The notes under the pieces were generated by a model that was not told the origin of the DNA, ran no database searches, and saw only the letters and a program-made list of their open reading frames with translations. DNA of 30,965 nucleotides from Promethearchaeia archaeon (GTDB lineage Archaea > Asgardarchaeota > Lokiarchaeia > Sigyniarchaeales > SOKP01), in assembly GCA_029856125.1 (NCBI GenBank), contig JAHQWJ010000083.1, forward strand, positions 1 to 30,965. Reading direction: 5' to 3'. Position 1 is the first letter of the stretch, and every line of letters begins with the position of its first letter. Made by a program: the position numbers and the translations under genes. Shown here piece by piece: positions 1 to 9,596 of this stretch.

Positions 1-157
1 CAAGAAGTGTGGCTACGAATTTTAAACTTTTTTATTATCCTTTTATTTTTCTTAACTAATTTTTTATGAAATTAAATATTGTGGTAACAATTCAAATCTC
101 AATTATCTAAAATTAGAATCTACATAAAAAAAGAAAAAAAATTAAATTCTATAATGG

Positions 158-1555
158 TTATATTCTTGCCTTCTTTTGTTCGTGAAGTTCTTTGAGTTGT
201 TCTTGCATATTACTAAGTCTTTCTCCGTGTAGAGGGTATTTGACGAGTGCTAATATACCAATTGCTAAAGCTATTGCTGGAAAAATAAATATTAACGCTC
301 TTAATCCGAAAGCAACTTGTGATGGATCAACTGTCGGATCAAAAGTTGCCCAACCAACGGTACTAAATATGGTACCTATTGCCAGTATTACAAGGACATT
401 AGAAAATCTGAGGACTAAAGCATTTACTCCATAATATCCTGCTTCTCTACGCATTCCAGTAGCGAGTTCATCTTCATCTACGATATCAGCAACTACCAGA
501 TCGATAATATATAACGAACCTGCTAAGCCAATACCCATAAAGAAGAACACAATCATACCTATTGTAAAATCCACTATAAACATTAATGGCAATAGTGCTA
601 ATATCCAGATTGCCATGGAGATCATCCAAGCTTTTCTATTACCTATTCTACGGACAATTGGTCTCCATAAGACTGTAACAAAAATTGTAGCAGATAAAAA
701 AGCCACACCTAAAAGGAGAGACGCCATAAATGCATCAGCTTGATTTAAAACGAATTTTGCATACAGTGGAATAATTGTAGGTAGCATCCCAAAAACAAAC
801 CAATTACAGAGCTCACAAATTATATAAAACCTGAATGATTTACTTTTAAAGCAAAATTTTATGGTTTTGAACAAACCAAATGCATTCTTATAATCCTCAC
901 TAAATTCTGGTCTTTCTCTTGGACCAAATAATAAAAAGATTACAATTCCAACGACGACAATTATACCCGCTATAATTCCAAACATTTGATATTCTGGTAA
1001 GGATGTTGGTGCCGGAGCTGAGTAATCTGATATTATAAATCCAGGTAATATAAAAGCGAAAAGTAGGCTAATAATAGTAAAGATTTGACGAACATTGTTT
1101 CCCTTGGTTCTTTCTTTCTTAGACAAGAAGATTTCAGGAAAAAGTGATGTGTAGTTTAAGCTGAACGCAGTGTAGAATAATTCAAAGACGATAATAATTA
1201 TCAAGAAATAAAAGAAATTACCTACTTGATTTGCAGGACCGATTGGCAAAGGAGGTGTGAATAAGAAATACATAGTTAAAGCTAAAGGTATGAAAAAAAT
1301 AATAATATATGGTAAACGTCGGCCCCATTTAGTATGGGTTCTGTCGGATAGATAACCTATAAGAGGATCGTTGAACATATTCCAAACCGACCATATTGTA
1401 TACCCTAAAGTGATCAACCAAATATCTATCTGAACAACCGCAAAATAGAACGTAAATACTAAGAGTATAAATGATTGATATGCAGTTTGATCGCTTATTT
1501 GTCCAAAACTATAAAAAAACGCTTTTTTAAGAGTTCCATTCTCTTTTTCACTCAT
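158..1555 (-). CDS. MFS transporter, glycoside-pentoside-hexuronide (MelB/GPH-like) family
   Basis: 465 aa with about 12 hydrophobic segments; GPH-type motifs WNMFNDPLIGYLSDRTHTKWGRRLPY and ADIVDEDELATGMRREAGYYG. Confidence 0.85.
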   Translation of the reverse strand: MSEKENGTLKKAFFYSFGQISDQTAYQSFILLVFTFYFAVVQIDIWLITLGYTIWSVWNMFNDPLIGYLSDRTHTKWGRRLPYIIIFFIPLALTMYFLFTPPLPIGPANQVGNFFYFLIIIIVFELFYTAFSLNYTSLFPEIFLSKKERTKGNNVRQIFTIISLLFAFILPGFIISDYSAPAPTSLPEYQMFGIIAGIIVVVGIVIFLLFGPRERPEFSEDYKNAFGLFKTIKFCFKSKSFRFYIICELCNWFVFGMLPTIIPLYAKFVLNQADAFMASLLLGVAFLSATIFVTVLWRPIVRRIGNRKAWMISMAIWILALLPLMFIVDFTIGMIVFFFMGIGLAGSLYIIDLVVADIVDEDELATGMRREAGYYGVNALVLRFSNVLVILAIGTIFSTVGWATFDPTVDPSQVAFGLRALIFIFPAIALAIGILALVKYPLHGERLSNMQEQLKELHEQKKARI

Positions 1556-1721
1556 ATTAAATCAGTATATAATAAATTTTAATAAATTATAATTAATCTT
1601 AATCAATTTTTTTTCTTATAAATATTTGGTGTACTTTATCTATACAATAATGTCCAACTTATTTCTTAAAATTTATTTCAGAAAATAAATGGATCAAAAT
1701 TATTAGGTAATAAAAAAAAAG

Positions 1722-3122
1722 TTAAATTTTTGATTTTTTTTCTTGATGAATTTTGTTGCGTTGTTCTTTGATTTCTTTTAAATATTTGCCATCTAAAGGG
1801 TAAAAATATATTGCAATAATTGCAATTACCAGAGCTATGACGGGAAATATGACCATTAAACTCCTTAATTCGAAATCTGGGATGTTAATTGGATCGAATT
1901 CACCCCAATCAGCAATAAGAAAGACAGGTCCTATAATTAGAAACACAAATACCGTCGCAAATCGCTGAAAGAAGATGTTGATCCCGTAATAACCCCCCTC
2001 ACGGCGTATTCCTGTTTTCACTTCGTCTTCATCTACAATATCTGCAATGATTATATCGATTATGTATAAAGAGCCCGCTAAACCTATTCCAATTAAGAAG
2101 AATACGATAAAAGCTACTACTTCCATACCAGGTCCTAGAAAAAACAATGGGATTAGCGTAATAATCCATACTGTCATTGAAATTAACCACGATTTTCTCG
2201 GACCTAACTTTTGAACCAACGGTTTCCAAAGTACTGTCATAAATAGTCCGGCAGATAAGAAACTGACACCTAACAAAAGAGATATCATGAAAGGGTCTTC
2301 AAAACCTAAAATAAACTCACCATAAAGGGGAACTATTACAGGAATCATGCCATAAACAAACCAATTAGCAATTTCTGCGGGAATGTAACGCATGAAGCTC
2401 TTATTTTTAAAACTATATTTTAACGTGTTAAAAAAATTAGGAGCCTCTTTATAATCCTCGCGAAATTCTGTTCTTCCTTTTGGTGAAAATTTTAGGAAAA
2501 GCAAACCAGCAATAATGACAATTATGGCAACTACTATTCCAAAAGTAGGATATTCTCCCGGTAATGGGCTTGTATAGCTAGAAATAAAAATACCCGGCAA
2601 AAGGAAGGCTGCAAGCAATCCAAATATAGCAAAAATTTGTCTTACATTATTACCTTTGGCCCGTTCTTCCTCAGTTATAAAAATTTCTGGGTACAAAGAA
2701 GTATAATTTATATCATACATTGTAAAGAATAATTCAAATACAATGATTATTGCCATAAAATATATGAAGTTTATCGTAGGATCGGTGATACCTATTGAAG
2801 TTAGTGGTGTAAACAATAAAATCATAATCACTGCTATTGGAATTAAAGAAACCATGATCCAAGGGAATCTGCGCCCCCACTTCGTATGAGTTTTATCTGA
2901 TAAATATCCGATAAATGTGTCGTTGAAACTATTCCATATCGACCATATGATAAAAGCAAGAGAAATTAGAGTTATATCGATTCCTACTACAGCAAAGTAA
3001 AATGTAAAAGTTAAAAAAGTGAATGCTTGGTAGGATGCGATATCGGCAATTTGACCGATACTGTAGGAGACTGCGCGTTTATACGAAAATTTTCTTGTTT
3101 GGTTTTCACTCATGATCATCAA
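1722..3122 (-). CDS. MFS transporter, GPH family; tandem paralog of 158..1555
   Basis: Same motifs (NDTFIGYLSDKTHTKWGRRFP, ADIVDEDEVKTGIRREGGYYG). The true start may be the ATG at 3113 (MSENQ), matching the paralog's MSEKE. Confidence 0.85.
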   Translation of the reverse strand: MMIMSENQTRKFSYKRAVSYSIGQIADIASYQAFTFLTFTFYFAVVGIDITLISLAFIIWSIWNSFNDTFIGYLSDKTHTKWGRRFPWIMVSLIPIAVIMILLFTPLTSIGITDPTINFIYFMAIIIVFELFFTMYDINYTSLYPEIFITEEERAKGNNVRQIFAIFGLLAAFLLPGIFISSYTSPLPGEYPTFGIVVAIIVIIAGLLFLKFSPKGRTEFREDYKEAPNFFNTLKYSFKNKSFMRYIPAEIANWFVYGMIPVIVPLYGEFILGFEDPFMISLLLGVSFLSAGLFMTVLWKPLVQKLGPRKSWLISMTVWIITLIPLFFLGPGMEVVAFIVFFLIGIGLAGSLYIIDIIIADIVDEDEVKTGIRREGGYYGINIFFQRFATVFVFLIIGPVFLIADWGEFDPINIPDFELRSLMVIFPVIALVIAIIAIYFYPLDGKYLKEIKEQRNKIHQEKKSKI

Positions 3123-3309
3123 TTTTAAATAAATTTTAACGATTATATTTATTTTCTGTCTATATAAATATATAGATGAGAAATATTCTTATTTCTCCAT
3201 TTTCTGCCCAATAATTTTATTATGATAAAAACCCATTAAAAGAATAGTATTGTTTTTTTAAAATTCGAGATTCTATTATTTCTATTAAAAATTATTAAAT
3301 ATCTCCTAA

Positions 3310-4758
3310 ATGATAAAAATGGACTTAGAGAAGCTTTTCAAACCAAAATCTATGGCAGTAGTTGGGATTTCAAAAAAAAATCCTCTCAGCCCAGGAAGAA
3401 TAGTTCTGTTAAAAAACGAGTTTGAAATGAACGTAAAGGTATATGGTATATATCCAACGGGCGGAGATCTTGAAGGAATTCAATTATACGAAAAATTAGA
3501 TAAATTACCAGAAATCCCTGACTTATTAGTTATTGCAGTCGGACCAGACGATACTTTAGGATATGTTCAAGATTGTGTTGATTTAAATATCCCTTCCTGC
3601 GTCATAGTAGGTGGTGGTTTTGCTGAAATCGGTGGAAAGGGGAAGAAAAGGCAACAACAACTCGAGAAAATAGCTTTTGATAACGACATCGCTGTGCTTG
3701 GTCCAAACTGCTTGGGTGTCTACGCACCTCCTTTGGTTGATACTATTTTTCTCCCTACAGAAAGAATAACTAGACCTCCGAAAGGATCTGTGGCACTAAT
3801 AAGTCAGAGCGGTGGTGTACTCGTTGATCAATTTTTCAATAAATTTTTTGAGAGGCATATCGGTGTTTCCACAGCGGTTTCCATTGGTAATCGAGCGGTC
3901 GTTGATGAGGTAATGCTCTTAGAATATTTCAGTAAAGTAGATACTGAGACATCGAATATTGCATTCTATTTAGAAGGATTTAAGGAAGGTCAAGCAAGAA
4001 ATTTCCTGAAACTTGCTAAAGAGTCTGATGATACCGTTATCGTATTTATGGGGGGAAAAACTCGGGAAGGAAAAGTTGCGACTCAGTCACACACAGCCAG
4101 TTTAGCCGGAAATTACAAAATCCTTAGTGCTGCATTACGTCAGTATCAAATAATACTCCCTAACTCGGAGAGAGAGCTATTAACGAGCCTAAAAGTTTAC
4201 GATGTTTTGTCTCATCGAAAAAATCCTTTTGGGGAAAATGTGATTACATATGGAAATGTCGTAATTATGTCAGTTTCAGGAGGGCACGGCGTAATTGCCT
4301 CTGATATGTTGAAAAAGTATGGTTTGAATGCAGTGAAACTTGAAAGACAAGAGAAAAAAGATTTAGAAGAGTTAATGAATCCATCAGCGAGGGAAATCGC
4401 TTCATTTAATAATCCAATAGATTTGACGGGCTCTGTAGTTGATACTGATATTGTAGATGTATTAAGGTATTTATCAGATATTGAGCGGATTGAATGTGTA
4501 ATACTGTTGTTACTTCCATACCCTCCCAATATCTCTTTTCAAATAGGGAGACGGATAGCAAACATAGTTTCTACGAAAAATAAGCCTGTAGTGTGTTTTG
4601 TTCCATATGTTGCAAAATATGCTCTAATAATCGAATCCCTTGAACTCGCTCACATCCCCGTTTTCCATTCCATTAAGGAAGCAGTTCAAGCGGTTTCTGC
4701 GCTTAAACATAGAACCAGAAATGAAAATGTAAAAAAAGGGAATCTATTTTGGTTGTAA
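3310..4758 (+). CDS. Acyl/acetate-CoA ligase (ADP-forming), alpha-subunit-like
   Basis: CoA-binding N-terminus LFKPKSMAVVG, GGGFAE, LGPNCLG, ISQSGG, phospho-His motif SHTASLAG, NPIDLTG. Confidence 0.85.
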   Translation: MIKMDLEKLFKPKSMAVVGISKKNPLSPGRIVLLKNEFEMNVKVYGIYPTGGDLEGIQLYEKLDKLPEIPDLLVIAVGPDDTLGYVQDCVDLNIPSCVIVGGGFAEIGGKGKKRQQQLEKIAFDNDIAVLGPNCLGVYAPPLVDTIFLPTERITRPPKGSVALISQSGGVLVDQFFNKFFERHIGVSTAVSIGNRAVVDEVMLLEYFSKVDTETSNIAFYLEGFKEGQARNFLKLAKESDDTVIVFMGGKTREGKVATQSHTASLAGNYKILSAALRQYQIILPNSERELLTSLKVYDVLSHRKNPFGENVITYGNVVIMSVSGGHGVIASDMLKKYGLNAVKLERQEKKDLEELMNPSAREIASFNNPIDLTGSVVDTDIVDVLRYLSDIERIECVILLLLPYPPNISFQIGRRIANIVSTKNKPVVCFVPYVAKYALIIESLELAHIPVFHSIKEAVQAVSALKHRTRNENVKKGNLFWL

Positions 4759-4875
4759 ATTCAACAAATAACTCTTACTATCTCATTTACATTTTTATGA
4801 AAAAAGTTTACTAATTTATTTAAATTAATCTTTTCTATAATTCTTAAAGTAGTTCGATAAAAAGGATGATTATAT

Positions 4876-5754
4876 ATGGATAAACACATTGGCTGGATAG
4901 GAACAGGCGTAATGGGAAAATCGATGTGCGCTCACATATTGAAAGCAGGATACCCTGTTTCAGTATATAATAGGACAGAAGAAAAAGCTAAAGATTTAAT
5001 CCAAATGGGTGCTATCTGGTGCTTAAGTCCTAAAGAAGTTGCTGAAAAATGTGATATACTATTTACGATTGTAGGATTTCCTCACGATGTCGAGGATGTC
5101 TATTTAGGAGAAAACGGAATTTTAAAATCAATAAAAAATGGCTCGATTGTGGTAGATATGACAACTTCTGAGCCTTCCCTTGCCCAGAAAATTTATAACG
5201 AAGCGCGGGAAATAGGCGTATCTTCCTTAGATGCCCCCGTATCTGGAGGAGATGTAGGAGCCAAAAAAGCTACGCTTGCTATAATGATTGGTGGCGATAA
5301 GGAAGCATATGAAACAATATTACCCTTCTTCAATTTGATGGGACAAAATATATCTTATATGGGCAAAGAAGGAGCAGGACAACACACTAAAATGAGCAAT
5401 CAAATTCTTATTGCTTCTACAATGATTGGAACTATCGAATCCCTATTATATGCCTATAAAGCAGGAAATGACTTGGATGCTGTAATAAATGTTATTGGAA
5501 AAGGAGCTGCGGGTTGTTGGTCTATTAACAATTTAGGCCCCCGTGTTGCAAAGGGTAATTTTGAACCTGGATTTTTCATTAAACATTTCGTAAAGGATAT
5601 GGGTATCGCACTAAAAGAAGCGAAGCTTATGAATTTGGCCTTACCAGGACTTGCTCTCGCATATCAATTTTATATGTACGCTATGGCATTAGGCTTAGAA
5701 AACCTAGGAAGTCAAGGATTGTACAAAGTTCTGGCTAAAATGAATGGAATTTAG
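4876..5754 (+). CDS. NAD(P)-dependent beta-hydroxyacid dehydrogenase (3-hydroxyisobutyrate dehydrogenase / tartronate semialdehyde reductase family)
   Basis: IGWIGTGVMG Rossmann motif, LDAPVSGGDVGA, GAGQHTKMSNQ with the catalytic Lys, FFIKHFVKDMGIA. Confidence 0.9.
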   Translation: MDKHIGWIGTGVMGKSMCAHILKAGYPVSVYNRTEEKAKDLIQMGAIWCLSPKEVAEKCDILFTIVGFPHDVEDVYLGENGILKSIKNGSIVVDMTTSEPSLAQKIYNEAREIGVSSLDAPVSGGDVGAKKATLAIMIGGDKEAYETILPFFNLMGQNISYMGKEGAGQHTKMSNQILIASTMIGTIESLLYAYKAGNDLDAVINVIGKGAAGCWSINNLGPRVAKGNFEPGFFIKHFVKDMGIALKEAKLMNLALPGLALAYQFYMYAMALGLENLGSQGLYKVLAKMNGI

Positions 5755-5801
5755 ATTAATAATAAATCTTTCTTTAATTAAAATATCGTAAATTTAACGA
5801 T

Positions 5802-7223
5802 TTAGATGTGATTTTTTACTATATTTAAACGCATTCGAATTAACTTCTCGATTTTTTTTAACTTGGGCAGTTCAGTCTCCTCGCAGAAAGCGTAGGCTGT
5901 CCCTCCAGCACCTGCTCTTGCCGTCCTCCCAATGCGATGTAAAAAAGTTTCCGGTTCATTTGGTAAATCAAATTGTATGACGTGTGAGATTTCATCAACA
6001 TCAATTCCGCGAGAAGCGACATCTGTAGCTACTAGAACACGTATTGCTCCAGTACGAAAGCTTTGAAGCGCATTTTGACGTGCAGTTTGTGATTTATTCC
6101 CGTGTATAGCATCAGTGCGTATTCCCTTCTTTTTTAAATTCTTAACAACTCGATTGGCGCCGTGTTTTGTGCGCATAAAAACTAATGCTCGTTTAATCGA
6201 TTTATCGAAGAGTAACTTTTGCAATAATGCTTGCTTTTTATTTTTGGATATTAAAAATACAGATTGTTTAAGACTTTCCAAGGTTGGTTGTTCTGGTGAT
6301 ATATCTATTCTTATGGGTGCATTTAGAATACTATTGGCCAGTTTATTAACTTCAGGTGGTATCGTAGCAGAAAAAAGTAGGGTCTGTCGGTTCTTAGGTA
6401 TATAGTTAATGATGGTACGTATATCTTTGATGAAACCCATGTCTAACATTCGATCTCCTTCGTCTAGGACGACGAAATTAACGTAACCGAGGTTTATATG
6501 ACCTTGCCTGATCAAATCAAGTAATCTACCAGGAGTTGCAATCAAAATGTCTACTCCTTGTTGTAATTTTTTCACTTGTGGGTTTTGTCCAACCCCTCCA
6601 TAAACAACAGTATTTCTAAGTCCAGTATATTTTCCATAAATATTAAAACTGTCTTTAATTTGGATTGCAAGCTCTCTTGTAGGAGCAACTACTAAAACAC
6701 TGATTTTACGCTTGGTTTTCATGTTATTATTGTTCTTTGTACTAACTAATCGTTGCAAGATAGGAAGAGCGAAAGCAGCAGTTTTTCCAGTCCCTGTCTG
6801 GGCACAACCTAGTATATCTTTTCCATTCAATATAATCGGGATTGCTTGAGCTTGAATTGGTGTCGGAGCCTCATATCCCGAATCTCTTACTGCCTGTAAA
6901 ATCTTAGAGTCTAAATCAAGATCAGCAAAATTTAAACCACTATCAATTTGGTTGTCTTGTAATGGTTTATTTTTTTTTGATATCCTAGATTGCACAACTT
7001 CTTCTAACCGTGTTACTTCAATAGCAGCAAGACCTTTTTTTTGTGGTTGAATTGTGAAAGTAAGGTAATCACCACTGGTGATATTATTATCTTCGTTTGG
7101 TTGCAGTGCAGTATGGTGTAAAAAAATATCCTTACCATCACTATCAAGGGTTATAAATCCAAACCCTTTCTTCTCATTATACCATTTGACCGTTCCGGTC
7201 ATTCTTTGTGTTTCTTTTAACAT
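5802..7223 (-). CDS. Cold-shock domain fused to an RhlE-like DEAD-box RNA helicase
   Basis: N-terminal GTVKWYNEKKGFGFI...DIFLHHTAL (CspA RNP1/RNP2). Helicase motifs follow: Q motif PTPIQAQAIP, AQTGTGKT, PTRELA, TPGRL, DEGD, SAT, ASRGID, HRIGRTAR. Confidence 0.9.
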   Translation of the reverse strand: MLKETQRMTGTVKWYNEKKGFGFITLDSDGKDIFLHHTALQPNEDNNITSGDYLTFTIQPQKKGLAAIEVTRLEEVVQSRISKKNKPLQDNQIDSGLNFADLDLDSKILQAVRDSGYEAPTPIQAQAIPIILNGKDILGCAQTGTGKTAAFALPILQRLVSTKNNNNMKTKRKISVLVVAPTRELAIQIKDSFNIYGKYTGLRNTVVYGGVGQNPQVKKLQQGVDILIATPGRLLDLIRQGHINLGYVNFVVLDEGDRMLDMGFIKDIRTIINYIPKNRQTLLFSATIPPEVNKLANSILNAPIRIDISPEQPTLESLKQSVFLISKNKKQALLQKLLFDKSIKRALVFMRTKHGANRVVKNLKKKGIRTDAIHGNKSQTARQNALQSFRTGAIRVLVATDVASRGIDVDEISHVIQFDLPNEPETFLHRIGRTARAGAGGTAYAFCEETELPKLKKIEKLIRMRLNIVKNHI

Positions 7224-7552
7224 TTTTATTCATATTATTCTTTCTTTTATGGGTATAACCTACTCATATATCATTGTTTTATTATGGATAAATCTATGAG
7301 CGGGAATATTCACTAAAATAATTAAATACCCCATCTCAAAGGAAGAAATTAGAATTGATGCATTTATCAAAAAAGCATCATTTTAATCGATGAATAAATC
7401 TTCAATATTAAGAAGTAATAATTACTAAAAAATAACCCAATATTTAGTAAAAAAGAGTTACATCGCCTTTATAGTTTAAGTATTCAAAAATTTAATAGTA
7501 AATATTTCAGAATTTCTCCCAGATAACCATTGAAAATGTTCTACAATTATTA

Positions 7553-8671
7553 TTAACCATAATTTTCAGTCATATAGTTATCAAAATGTTGTAAGGCATC
7601 AGGTAAGTTCTTCCGACCAAATCCAATTCTAAAATGAGACGTTCCATAATCAAATTTAGTGCTTGGCATCAATAACACTCCCTTTTTTTCTAATAAATCA
7701 AGACAAAATTCTTCTACATCCTGTTCAATTAACAACCTTGGAAATGCAATCGAACCTGCTTTAGGTCTCACCCAAGCTACATATTTACTATATTTTTCGA
7801 AAAATTTATCCAGTAGGTTCAAATTTTTATTAATAATGTCCAAATTTCTGTTGATAATTTTGTCTCTTTTACGCAAAGCCAATATTGAAAAAAACTCGCT
7901 TAAGGCACTATTGCAAATAGTAGTATAATTCTTGAAAGAAGCGATCTTTTTGAATAGTGCTTTATTTTTTGTTGCAATCCATCCAATTCTTAACCCAGCA
8001 AGGCCAAATGCTTTTGACATTACATTTATTGATATTCCTTTTTCGTAAAGATCGCAAGCAGATGGTAAACTGTCAACTTTGCTATACTCCAAATATTTAT
8101 AAACCTCGTCAGAAAGAACATAAATATCGTTTTCTTTAGCTATCTTAATGATTTTTTCGTAATTTTCTTTTGAGATGAGGTAACCTGTTGGATTATTTGG
8201 AAAATTTACAACAATACATTTAGTAGATTTAGTGATGTTAGATTCCAAAAATTTCATATCAAGTTCCCAATTGTTTTCATCACTCATTATCCACTTAGTT
8301 ACTTTACATCCAATGGTATTAGCGATTTCGTATAGAGATTGATAAGCAGGATATTGGACAATCACATGATCTCCTTTCTTTAATAAAACATTCATAAAAA
8401 CAAAAATTCCTTCTTGAGCTCCAGAAAAAACAATGATCTCTTCTGGGTCAATATCATGATACAATTTAGCGATTTCTACTCTTAACAAAGGATTACCGAT
8501 TGATTCTGTGTATCCTAGCCAAACATCTTTAAGATCTTTTAAGGAATCATTTTCTAAAGCTAATAATTCATCTACGCTAAATGATTCGCAATCTGAAGAA
8601 CATAGCGTATATTTAACATTAAACTCATACTTTGCGAAATATTCTTCTAATTTGAAGTCCTTAATCCTCAT
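7553..8671 (-). CDS. PLP-dependent aminotransferase class I/II
   Basis: NFPNNPTG, SDEVY and SKAFGLAGLRIGW (PLP-binding Lys) motifs. Confidence 0.9.
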   Translation of the reverse strand: MRIKDFKLEEYFAKYEFNVKYTLCSSDCESFSVDELLALENDSLKDLKDVWLGYTESIGNPLLRVEIAKLYHDIDPEEIIVFSGAQEGIFVFMNVLLKKGDHVIVQYPAYQSLYEIANTIGCKVTKWIMSDENNWELDMKFLESNITKSTKCIVVNFPNNPTGYLISKENYEKIIKIAKENDIYVLSDEVYKYLEYSKVDSLPSACDLYEKGISINVMSKAFGLAGLRIGWIATKNKALFKKIASFKNYTTICNSALSEFFSILALRKRDKIINRNLDIINKNLNLLDKFFEKYSKYVAWVRPKAGSIAFPRLLIEQDVEEFCLDLLEKKGVLLMPSTKFDYGTSHFRIGFGRKNLPDALQHFDNYMTENYG

Positions 8672-8705
8672 TTCATTAAAGAATTAAGATTGGTAAGATA
8701 TAAAA

Positions 8706-9521
8706 CTAGGTAACATCAATAATTTTTTCAATTTGTTTAATTGACTTCTCAACAAATTCCTTATCATTTATCGTTAACTCAATTGCGTTTTGAGGGCATA
8801 TCTCAACACACCGACCACAACCTCTACATTCTTCACTTATCCAGGCACGGTTGTCAACCATGTGAATCGCATCGACAAAACAAATTCCTTGCATGCACGT
8901 TCCACACCCAATACATTTTTCTGTAACTTCTAAGCTTACTCCCGTCATTTTCTGTATTTTGGACCCTATTTTAGTAGCCAAAACGGGAGAAATTCGCCAG
9001 AGACAGCAACAATTACAACAATTGCAAACGCTTAAGAGCTTATATCCCGGATTTACTCCAAGCCATTGCTTATCTAACCGATTTCTACCAATCATATGAA
9101 CTAATCCAGCTTCCTTACATTTTCTTAGGTGATCAAGGGCTTCTTCCTTTGTTACAAGGCGTCCTAATTGAGGGTTAATTCCTAAAACAGCTTCTCCCAG
9201 AAATAAACATCCTAAATCAATCGGGTAGTCGCTACACTGCATTGAATCTCTACATATACAGAAATTCATTACCCAATGGTAGTTAGCTTTTTCTATAAAA
9301 TGTTCCAAAACTTTTGAGGGCAACACCATTTCCGCTTGTTTCTCAACTTCTTTATTAATAGCTATTACCCTATCTTTCGTTAAGTAAATAATATCGTCTC
9401 CTTCAAAAAGTAATAAATCGAAAACTTTTCCAATTATAGGAATCCTCGTTAATTTTGCTATTAATTTAATATTTGGAAAAGTTTTTTCCAGCAAATTTAC
9501 GAACCACAGAGGTCTTGCCAT
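8706..9521 (-). CDS. 4Fe-4S dicluster domain protein
   Basis: CICR and CNCCNCCC, plus C-terminal CIGCGTC...C and CRGCGRCVEICP ferredoxin motifs. Confidence 0.8.
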   Translation of the reverse strand: MARPLWFVNLLEKTFPNIKLIAKLTRIPIIGKVFDLLLFEGDDIIYLTKDRVIAINKEVEKQAEMVLPSKVLEHFIEKANYHWVMNFCICRDSMQCSDYPIDLGCLFLGEAVLGINPQLGRLVTKEEALDHLRKCKEAGLVHMIGRNRLDKQWLGVNPGYKLLSVCNCCNCCCLWRISPVLATKIGSKIQKMTGVSLEVTEKCIGCGTCMQGICFVDAIHMVDNRAWISEECRGCGRCVEICPQNAIELTINDKEFVEKSIKQIEKIIDVT

Positions 9522-9596
9522 ACTAATTTCAATCCTACTAATTCTGAACTATTATAACTTTAATATCTATTATTCTGTAAGAAATATAAAACTAGT

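Noticed and set aside
1-25. 3' end of an upstream gene (KKCGYEF*), zinc-ribbon-like
   Set aside because: Only 7 codons are visible, which is too little to assign.
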